Source: Opitutales bacterium
Lineage (GTDB): Bacteria; Verrucomicrobiota; Verrucomicrobiia; Opitutales; CAXXNP01
Direction: 5' to 3'
DNA length: 64,000 bases
Assembly: GCA_963666595.2 (NCBI GenBank)
Contig: CAXXSV010000001.1
Span: 261,040 to 325,039 of the forward strand
Made by a program: the position numbers and the translations under genes. The notes below the pieces were generated by a model that was given only the letters and a program-made list of their open reading frames with translations, searched no databases and had not been told where the DNA came from. The first letter of the stretch is position 1, and each line of letters opens with the position of its first letter. This document shows, piece after piece, positions 57,644 to 64,000 of this stretch.

Positions 57644-58603
57644 TTACACCGAGATGCGCTCGACGATATTGCGGGTGACCCGCCTGCGTCTGCGGTCATA
57701 GATCTGGGTCGTTTGGGGATTGGAGTGCCCAGCCAAGTACTGCACGTCCTCCATGGGCACGTTCTGGCCCAGCAGATCGGTGACCACCATCACCCGGAAA
57801 CTGTGAGGGACGATGATCTGGGGCAACCCTGCCTCCTTGAGCCTCCGCTTGAGCATCCGGCGCACCCCGTGCGCCGTCATGGCTCGATCGAGGAGCCCCA
57901 ACCCCCACCTGTCCGCCGCTAGAAACAACGGCGTCGCCTTTAGCGACAAGTCAATTCGGCCCGCTTCCAAGTAGGCGGCGATCCACTCGTCCAAGTCATG
58001 CCGCACCGGAATCTCGCGCTGCTTGCCTCCCTTTTCCCGGAACCGCAAGACCCGCTGCGTCTCCTGCTCTTGCAGGTCCCCACGTCGTAGCCGCACCAGG
58101 GCTCCCACCCGAGCCCCGGTGTAGGTCAGCACCCCCAGCACGGCCCGATCCCGCAGCCCCACGACGTGAGAGAGGTCCAGGGAGCCAAGCAAAGCCCGCG
58201 CCTGACCGGGGGCCAGCTCGGGCGTCTTGCCGTCCACGACGGCGTGCTTCCGCCCCCGCACGGAGGAAAACGGGTTCAGAGCCACCACATGGCGCGTCAC
58301 CAGGGCGTCGAAAAAATGCCGCAGAGCGGCCAGCGCCAGATTCTTGGTGGGGTCCGATCCGGGCAACTCCTCAATAAAGCGCCCGGCCAGGCCCGGCGTG
58401 ACCTGACGGAGCTCGATGCCCTGTTCTTCGCACCAGAGGAGAAAGCGCCCCACGGGGCGGGCATAGGCGCGGCGGGTGTGGGGGTTGGATATCTTGGCCG
58501 AGAAGAACTCATCGGCGGCAAACAGCGCGTTTCTGCCCGCCCGATGAAGGATGGCGGGGAAGGTTTCGGACAACGCGGCGGTGCGAGGAACAAGTCCGTT
58601 CAT
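57644..58603 (-). CDS. Tyrosine recombinase / site-specific integrase (apparently intact)
   Basis: Track ORF 57644..58612 (GTG); the ATG at 58603 gives MNGLVPR. An N-terminal SAM-like core-binding domain (TRRAYARPVGRFLLWCEEQGIEL) is present. The catalytic residues are in context: GARVGAL (R), HSFRVMVVTDLL (HxxR), LAGHSNPQTTQIYDRR (H...Y). Confidence 0.85.
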   Translation of the reverse strand: MNGLVPRTAALSETFPAILHRAGRNALFAADEFFSAKISNPHTRRAYARPVGRFLLWCEEQGIELRQVTPGLAGRFIEELPGSDPTKNLALAALRHFFDALVTRHVVALNPFSSVRGRKHAVVDGKTPELAPGQARALLGSLDLSHVVGLRDRAVLGVLTYTGARVGALVRLRRGDLQEQETQRVLRFREKGGKQREIPVRHDLDEWIAAYLEAGRIDLSLKATPLFLAADRWGLGLLDRAMTAHGVRRMLKRRLKEAGLPQIIVPHSFRVMVVTDLLGQNVPMEDVQYLAGHSNPQTTQIYDRRRRRVTRNIVERISV

Positions 58604-58606
58604 ATT

Positions 58607-58634
58607 TAGCACGATAACATACTTTATCGTGCTA
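58607..58634. other. Perfect 11-6-11 inverted repeat (dif-like core-site geometry) just upstream of the recombinase start
   Basis: TAGCACGATAA CATACT TTATCGTGCTA has perfectly complementary arms. It lies 4 nt from the ATG at 58603 and 5 nt from where the truncated SIR2 reading frame begins. Confidence 0.8.
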
Positions 58635-58639
58635 TGTAA

Positions 58640-59310
58640 AGGCGTCTCCAGCAGGAATACGGAGCGAGCGAGATTGATGCTCTAATCGCGGAACGGCTGG
58701 AAACGCAGGGTGAAGCTGACGTTTCAGCGCATGAAACGGTTTTACGTCTCTCCAGGAGTGTTGACGACAAGCCACAGATTGTCACTACAAACTTCGATCT
58801 TCTCTTCGAGGAAGCTGCCGGTCAAAATTTGAGAGCCCATGTCCCGCCGGCCTTACCCAATCTTGCTGCTGAGCAGTCGATTAACGGACTCGTCTATCTC
58901 CACGGTCGAACAAATCCTGAAAGTCAACAGGGCGAAGATCGGCAAAGGTTGGTCGTCAGCAGTTCAGATTTCGGGCAGGCTTACCTAGTAGATCGCTGGG
59001 CGACCCGCTTCATGCAAGATCTCTTCGACCGATATACCGTTGTTCTGCTCGGATATTCCGCCAATGATCCACCCGTCAGCTACCTGCTGCAGGGGTTGCG
59101 TGCTCAGGGATACGGGAATCGCGATTCGCTCTTCACGTTTGACAGTGGGACCGAGGAAGAAGTCCAGCAGCGATGGCAAGATAGAGGGGTTCGAGCTCTC
59201 GCTTATCCTAAGGACAAAAAGCATTCAGCTCTATGGGACACTCTATCAGCCTGGGCAGACCGCGCGGATGATCCTCTATTGTGGCGGCGAAGGATTGTCG
59301 ATCGAGCCCG
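58640..59310 (+). pseudogene. SIR2-like (SIR2_2 / PF13289-type) protein, truncated at both ends
   Basis: The frame is open from 58640 with no start codon. It reads ...IVTTNFDLLFEEA, GLVYLHGR, LVVSSSDFGQAY and VVLLGYSANDPPVSYLL, which are SIR2_2 hallmark blocks. The N-terminal NAD-binding Gly-rich part is missing, and after about 59310 the frame decays into Arg/Ser-rich sequence. Confidence 0.65.
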
Positions 59311-59443
59311 GAATTGGCACGTAGATCATCCGCGATCATCTAGAGGTCCGCGTCGGATTTCTCGATGCCTGTTAGGTGGTCTGCAATCATTCGCCCGTGC
59401 ACCGTTCTCGCCGGCACTGTCAAGTTGCTGGCCAATGCCCTAA

Positions 59444-59578
59444 CTCTGAGCCCAATATGCTGCTGTCATTGGTCTCCAGCGCGTCGTAGAAGGCGAGCTC
59501 GTCCTCTGTGATCTCGAGCTCTTCGCTGCGGGCGGCGGTCTCGTGCAGCTCCCACGCGATCTGGATCAGTTCCTCGAT
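59444..59578 (-). pseudogene. Type I restriction enzyme HsdR C-terminal (DUF3387-like) fragment, ~45 codons
   Basis: Within track ORF 59420..59623, IEELIQIAWELHETAARSEELEITEDELAFYDALETNDSS matches the ...EEELAFYDAL..N.SA block found near HsdR C-termini. No helicase or nuclease part is present. Confidence 0.5.
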
Positions 59579-59680
59579 GAAGCAAGTCGAACAGGGCGAC
59601 TTCCGGACCCTAGCACCGCTCAATCGACCTTAGCATACGATTTTCCTGTTTCGTGACATGCCCTCACAACAGAGAATGCG

Positions 59681-59800
59681 TTGCGACACCACGGGTTCTG
59701 TACATTGGAGAAGAACGGCTTCGAGGTGATCTACTGCCCCTACACCAACCGCGAGCTCCCCGAGAGTGGGACCAGCCGTGAGCACATTATCCCGTTATCA
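59681..59800 (+). pseudogene. Possible HNH-endonuclease N-terminal fragment (~40 codons)
   Basis: CTLEKNGFEVIYCPYTNRELPESGTSREHIIPLS resembles the C..C...(E)HIIP start of HNH nucleases. The rest of track ORF 59681..60223 is low-complexity and lies antisense to a membrane protein gene. Confidence 0.25.
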
Positions 59801-59817
59801 GGGTACTGGCGCGGATA

Positions 59818-60300
59818 TCACTCCTCCGGTCTGGGCGGACTTCGGAGACGCTGCACGAATTGCCGGATCAACAGCGGGATTCCGACCAGGAGCAGATACG
59901 GAACGAGAGCACCTATAACCACCATATGGGGGCCGAGCAATCCGCCGACAAGACTGAACAGTACGGCAAACGGAGTCGCCACCGCGATTGCGACCCATAA
60001 CCCTCTGCGCCAGGATCCGACAACTCCTCTCAGGAGGCGTTGCGCCAGCAACCCGATCAGCAACCCGCCCAGAAAGAACAGGATCAGTCCGAACAGTATG
60101 GCCGGAATCGCAAACAGCAATTCCACTGGATTCCAAGAATCCATGGAGCCGAATCGGGCTAGCGCGACCAGGAGTTGCAGGACACAGAATCCGATGCCGA
60201 ACAGGACCGGGGTCTTCCAGTAACTCCATCGAGAAGAAGCGGAAGCTCTTGAAGGATCGGCCCTTTTCTTCAATTCGAACGGGTTGTTTTCAGTATGCAA
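59818..60300 (-). CDS. Hypothetical 4-TM membrane protein
   Basis: This is the C-terminal 160 codons of track ORF 59818..60612. A TTG at 60300 is preceded by GGAGGAG at 4-5 nt spacing. Four clear hydrophobic helices are present (VLFGIGFCVLQLLVALA, LLFAIPAILFGLILFFLGGLLIGLL, LWVAIAVATPFAVLFSLVGGLL, VVIGALVPYLLLVGIPLL). Confidence 0.5.
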   Translation of the reverse strand: MHTENNPFELKKRADPSRASASSRWSYWKTPVLFGIGFCVLQLLVALARFGSMDSWNPVELLFAIPAILFGLILFFLGGLLIGLLAQRLLRGVVGSWRRGLWVAIAVATPFAVLFSLVGGLLGPHMVVIGALVPYLLLVGIPLLIRQFVQRLRSPPRPEE

Positions 60301-60417
60301 TTCACTCCTCCATGCCAAAAGCTGACCCCGGATCGAAAGATTAGAGTAGAGGGGGATGTCGATGCACCGCAAGGTCAATTGGCGGTAGTGTCTTAGTTTT
60401 GTACCATTCTGGCGAAC

Positions 60418-60711
60418 ATGACCGAAGACGAACGGCTGGAGCTGGTCGGAACGGTAGCCGAGGCTAACGCCGGCCTGTCCGAGGTCGTCTTCAAGTTGCG
60501 GCGGGAACTGACGCCGAAAGCCCCTGCGCTGAAAGCAGCGATCAAGGCCGAGCGTGAGAGCTTTCGTCTCAAGCGCGAGCTTAAGCGGCTCGCTATGGAG
60601 GATCCTGAACAAGCAAAAGAGCGCGAGTTGTTGCCGGAGGTTCGCCGGGGCGGGAAGGTGGTAGAGATGGACCAGCTACTGCGGCAAAAGGTTCGACACG
60701 ACGAACCATGA
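60418..60711 (+). CDS. Hypothetical small charged/helical protein
   Basis: 97 aa, Lys/Glu/Arg-rich and predicted helical, with an ATG start. It is divergent from the membrane protein gene. I recognise no family and see no clear SD. Confidence 0.3.
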   Translation: MTEDERLELVGTVAEANAGLSEVVFKLRRELTPKAPALKAAIKAERESFRLKRELKRLAMEDPEQAKERELLPEVRRGGKVVEMDQLLRQKVRHDEP

Positions 60712-60994
60712 ATGGTCGCAATACCGGCCGCGCTTTAGCGCACCGATGATGGCGGCGGACCATCCTCCAAACACCGCTTAACGGTCATCTAGCCATTCGT
60801 CATCGCCTGGGACAGCTCCAGCATCTGGGCCGCCAGGTTCCAGAGAGCTGTGCGGCGCTGCTGGCCGCTCGGAGAGTCTTCCAACTCACGCCATGGTGTC
60901 GAAACGCTTGTACGAATCGGACCTCAATGAGGTCGCGGAAGGTTAGTGCGAAGGCTTCCTCAATCTGCCTGAGATCTGCAAAGACGACCTCTGG

Positions 60995-61354
60995 CGAGTG
61001 GCCCAAAACGATCTCACGGCTTTGGGTGCGCACGGCTTCGGTCGAGACCCAGGACAGCAGCAGACGCGGAGCGCTACCAAACGGGAGCTTGGTTTTTCCC
61101 CCGGCGGTCATAACCAGCGTGTAGGGGCCGTTCTGACGGACATACCGGAGCCGGTTGCCGGGATTGGTGCGGGGCAACGAGCAGAGCGCCATCATTCGCG
61201 CCATGAAGCCCAGATCGGGGTCCGCTTCGCTGGCCGAGACAAGCTGATTCACCTGATCGGCCTGGGTGAAGTGGTGGCGCGCCTGGGGCGAAGCGTCGCG
61301 GATCGCCTGCACCAGGCCGTCCAGACCGCCGAAGGCTTCACCGATCGGAACCAA
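60995..61354 (-). pseudogene. Replication initiator protein A (RepA/RPA-like) N-terminal fragment
   Basis: These are the first 120 codons of track ORF 60800..61354. DLGFMARMMALCSLPRTNPGNRLRYVRQNGPYTLVMTAGGKTKLPFGSAPRLLLSWVSTEAVRTQSREIVLG matches the conserved block of plasmid/ICE RepA-like initiators. The remaining 64 codons are unrelated (FALTFRDLIEVRFVQAFRHHGVSWKTLR). Confidence 0.5.
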
Positions 61355-61585
61355 GCCATCTCGCGTACTATGTCATTGACGAACCACGCCGTATCGTGTT
61401 CATCATCGACGTCGCCGCTGGCGCGCAGGGACCCAAACGCGACAAATATGAGGGCAACGCATAACGTCGCATCCGAGCCGGAGGAGCCGAGCGAAAAACC
61501 TAGTAGCAGCACCTTATAGGAGGCCCGTGGACCACCCTCAATTCAACTGGATCGCCCCAACTTCATCTGGGGCGTCGCGGACGAC

Positions 61586-63673
61586 GTGCTGCGCGACCTC
61601 TACGTCCGTGGCAAGTACCGCGACGTGATCCTGCCGATGACAGTATTGCGGAGGCTCGACGCAGTGCTTGAGCCGAGCACGCTGGCGGTGCTGGAGATGA
61701 AGACCTCGCTCGACAAGGCGAAGATCATCCACCAGGACCAGGCACTGCGTCAGGCCGCCGGCCAGGCGTTCTACAATACCTCGAAGTTCACGCTGCGCGA
61801 CCTTAAGGCCCGTGCCAGCCAACAGCAGCTCAAGGCCGACTTCGAGGCCTATCTCGACGGCTTCTCGCCGAACGTCCAGGACATCTTGGAGAAGTTCGAG
61901 TTTCGGAACCAGCTCCCCCGCCTGTCCAAGGCCGACGCCCTCGGCACGCTGATCGAGAAGTTCCTCTCGCCGGACGTGAACCTAAGTCCTCACCCAGTCC
62001 TCCATGGCGACGGGTCGATCAAGCAACCCGGCCTGGATAACCACGCGATGGGCACGATCTTCGAGGAGCTGGTCCGCCGTTTCAATGAGGAAAACAACGA
62101 GGAAGCCGGCGAGCACTGGACCCCGCGCGATGCCGTGACGCTCATGGCGAAGCTGGTCTTCGTGCCTGTCGCCGACCGGATCGACTCCGGGACCTACCTG
62201 GTGTACGACGGCGCCTGCGGCACCGGCGGCATGTTGACGGTGGCCGAGAAGACCTTGCAGGAACTTGCCAGGGCGCACGGCAAGCAGGTCGCCGCCCATC
62301 TCTACGGCCAGGAGATCAACTCCGAAACCTACGCCATCGCCAAGGCGGACCTCCTCCTCAAGGGGGAGGGAGAAGCCGCCGACAACATCGTCGGGGGGCC
62401 GGAACACTCGACGCTCTCCAACGACGCCTTTCCGTCCCACGAGTTCGACTTCATGCTCTCCAATCCTCCCTATGGGAAGAGCTGGAAGAGCGACCTGGAG
62501 CGCATGGGCGGAAAAAAGGACATGCGCGACTCCCGCTTCCTGATCGAGCACGCGGACGATCCCGAGTACTTGCTGGTCACCCGTTCCAGCGATGGACAGA
62601 TGCTGTTTTTGGCCAACATGCTGAGCAAGATGAAGCAAGACACGAAGCTGGGCAGCCGGATCGCCGAGGTACACAACGGCAGCTCGCTCTTCACCGGGGA
62701 CGCCGGACAGGGCGAGAGCAACATCCGCCGCTGGATCATCGAGAACGATTGGCTGGAAGCCATCGTCGCCCTGCCGCTCAACATGTTCTACAACACCGGC
62801 ATTGCCACCTACATCTGGGTGCTGACCAACCGGAAACCTGAGCACCGCCGGGGGAAGGTGCAGTTGATCGACGCCACCGGGTGGTACCGGCCCCTCCGCA
62901 AGAACCTAGGTAAGAAGAACTGCGAACTGTCGGAGGAGGACATCACCCGCATCTGCGACACCTTCCTAGCCTTCGAGGAGACAGAACAGTCAAAGATCTT
63001 CCCGAACCAGGCCTTCGGGTTCTGGAAGGTGATAGTCGAGCGGCCATTGCGGCTGGCCGTCGATCTGTCGCCCGAACAACGCCTCCGCTTCCGCGCCGCA
63101 TGCCGGGAAGCGCAGGAAGAGCCGATTGCCAACGTCGTCGACCGGGTGGCAGAGGCATTAGGCGTTGGGCCTCACCTCGACTTCAATCGCTTCATGGCTG
63201 CCGTCGAGACGGACATCTCCGAGCATGGCGCCAAGTTGACGGCCAAGCGAAGCAAGCTGCTTCAGACGTCATTGGCCGCGCGGGCCGAGGTAGCCGAACC
63301 CATTATCAAGAAGATCCACAAACCGGGCAGAATGGAGCCGGACCCGATCCGGGGTCTGGTCGAATCCACAGTAAAAGGCAAGTGCCGCGTGGTTGAGTAC
63401 GAACCCGACAGCGAACTGCGCGACACCGAGCAGGTTCCGCTGCTGGAAGAAGGCGGCATAGAGGCGTTCCTTCGCCGCGAGGTGCTGCCCTACGCAGAGG
63501 ACGCTTGGTATGACCCGGCGAGCGTCAAGACCGGCTACGAGATCAGCTTCACGCGCTACTTCTACAAGCCCCAGCCGCTCCGCACGCTGGAGGAGATACG
63601 CGCCGACATCCTGGCGCTAGAGAGGGAGACCGAGGGGCTGTTGGACGAGATTATTGGCGGGAGCGCGTCGTGA
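61586..63673 (+). CDS. hsdM: Type I restriction-modification system methyltransferase subunit HsdM (5-prime end probably frameshifted)
   Basis: 695-aa track ORF. The HsdM_N block is YVRGKYRDVILPMTVLRRLDAVLEP. SAM motif I is VYDGACGTGGML and motif IV is SNPPYGKSW. Conserved N-terminal residues (NFIWGVADDVLRD) lie upstream of the first in-frame start codon. Confidence 0.88.
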   Translation: MLRDLYVRGKYRDVILPMTVLRRLDAVLEPSTLAVLEMKTSLDKAKIIHQDQALRQAAGQAFYNTSKFTLRDLKARASQQQLKADFEAYLDGFSPNVQDILEKFEFRNQLPRLSKADALGTLIEKFLSPDVNLSPHPVLHGDGSIKQPGLDNHAMGTIFEELVRRFNEENNEEAGEHWTPRDAVTLMAKLVFVPVADRIDSGTYLVYDGACGTGGMLTVAEKTLQELARAHGKQVAAHLYGQEINSETYAIAKADLLLKGEGEAADNIVGGPEHSTLSNDAFPSHEFDFMLSNPPYGKSWKSDLERMGGKKDMRDSRFLIEHADDPEYLLVTRSSDGQMLFLANMLSKMKQDTKLGSRIAEVHNGSSLFTGDAGQGESNIRRWIIENDWLEAIVALPLNMFYNTGIATYIWVLTNRKPEHRRGKVQLIDATGWYRPLRKNLGKKNCELSEEDITRICDTFLAFEETEQSKIFPNQAFGFWKVIVERPLRLAVDLSPEQRLRFRAACREAQEEPIANVVDRVAEALGVGPHLDFNRFMAAVETDISEHGAKLTAKRSKLLQTSLAARAEVAEPIIKKIHKPGRMEPDPIRGLVESTVKGKCRVVEYEPDSELRDTEQVPLLEEGGIEAFLRREVLPYAEDAWYDPASVKTGYEISFTRYFYKPQPLRTLEEIRADILALERETEGLLDEIIGGSAS

Positions 63674-64000
63674 AGGCCACCGAAGCCAGATTCGTCGAGT
63701 TCCTGGAGAAGTCGCCCCAGTTCGTGATCCCGATCTACCAGCGCACCTATAGCTGGACGGAGCGCGAGTGCCGCCAGCTCTGGAACGACATCCTGCGGAC
63801 GGGCAGTAACGACGCCATCGCGGCCCACTTCGTCGGCTCCATCGTCTACATCCAAAAGGGTCTCTATCAGGTCGCTCGCCAGTCGGCGCTACTGGTCATC
63901 GACGGTCAGCAGCGCCTCACGACCGTGATGCTCATTCTCGAAGCCTTGGCGCGGCGCGTGGGTGACGGGGAGCCCCTGGACGGTTTCTCGGCGAAGAAGA
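63670..64000 (+). CDS. DUF262 (GmrSD-like N-terminal domain) protein, 5-prime part (runs off the right edge)
   Basis: Not in the ORF track because there is no stop in the window. A GTG at 63670 overlaps the hsdM TGA (GTGA). The translation is MKATEARFVEFLEKSPQFVIPIYQRTYSWTERECRQLWNDIL...LLVIDGQQRLTTVMLILEAL, which contains the IPxYQRxYxW and DGQQRLTT DUF262 signatures. Confidence 0.8.
   Translation, partial: MKATEARFVEFLEKSPQFVIPIYQRTYSWTERECRQLWNDILRTGSNDAIAAHFVGSIVYIQKGLYQVARQSALLVIDGQQRLTTVMLILEALARRVGDGEPLDGFSAKK

Noticed and set aside
59801-60223. The remainder of the 180-aa plus-strand ORF after the HNH-like stub
   Set aside because: It is low-complexity Pro/Arg/Ser/Thr-rich sequence lying antisense to the 4-TM ORF, so it is not credible coding sequence.
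60301-60612. The N-terminal 104 codons of the 264-aa track ORF 59818..60612
   Set aside because: This part has no TM or other features and overlaps the opposite-strand ORF at 60418-60711. It also lies upstream of a strong SD plus TTG at 60300, so the membrane protein most likely starts at 60300.
61982-62845. 287-aa minus-strand ORF inside hsdM
   Set aside because: It is antisense to hsdM, which carries the DGACGTGG and NPPY motifs. The translation is rich in Gly, Val, Arg and His and has no motifs.
1-64000. A scan of all intergenic gaps for tRNA, rRNA, tmRNA-like sequences and for CRISPR-type regularly spaced repeats
   Set aside because: No GTTCGAATC-type T-arm, no rRNA-like stretch and no array of spaced direct repeats was seen. 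The intergenic gaps are mostly under 250 bp and are accounted for by the features listed.

Overview
This is a 64-kb bacterial chromosomal window. All product calls come from reading the supplied translations and DNA by eye; no searches were run. Coordinates include the stop codon, as in the ORF track.

Positions 1 to about 47,300 are a dense, mostly housekeeping array:
- mutS, a DAHP synthase, maf, nadE, hemL, pcm, cysK, infA, tadA, rsmB, ptsI, ispE/ispD/ispF, ndk and ilvE.
- An iron-chelate ABC permease/ATPase pair.
- Two Fe/Mn superoxide dismutases, one with a Tat signal.
- A sensor kinase/response regulator pair.
- A Firmicute-style mcsA-mcsB-clpC operon.

The gene content (a 619-aa GreA-like protein, a DUF393-LMF fusion, a sulfotransferase) fits a PVC/Verrucomicrobia-like organism. 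I cannot verify that taxonomy.

From about 47.3 kb to the right edge the region is accessory:
- Two paralogous beta-barrel outer-membrane proteins and a TonB-dependent receptor carrying a 21-bp in-frame duplication.
- Remains of four IS families: an IS1380 fragment, an IS4/5-type transposase with an in-frame stop, a 344-bp ISL3-derived MITE-like element with 25-bp TIRs and an 8-bp TSD, and a doubly frameshifted DUF4338-ISAs1 transposase.
- One degraded and one intact tyrosine recombinase. The intact one sits next to a perfect dif-like 11-6-11 palindrome.
- A run of broken defence and plasmid gene pieces: SIR2, an HsdR C-terminus, an HNH-like piece and a RepA-like piece.
- A type I R-M hsdM that overlaps a DUF262 gene running off the window.

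I saw no rRNA, tRNA or CRISPR array. I did not find an intact, clearly novel multi-gene system. The best follow-up targets are the recombinase plus dif-like site, the hsdM/DUF262 locus continuing past 64 kb, the ISL3 MITE upstream of the receptor, and a short hairpin motif repeated just after three stop codons.
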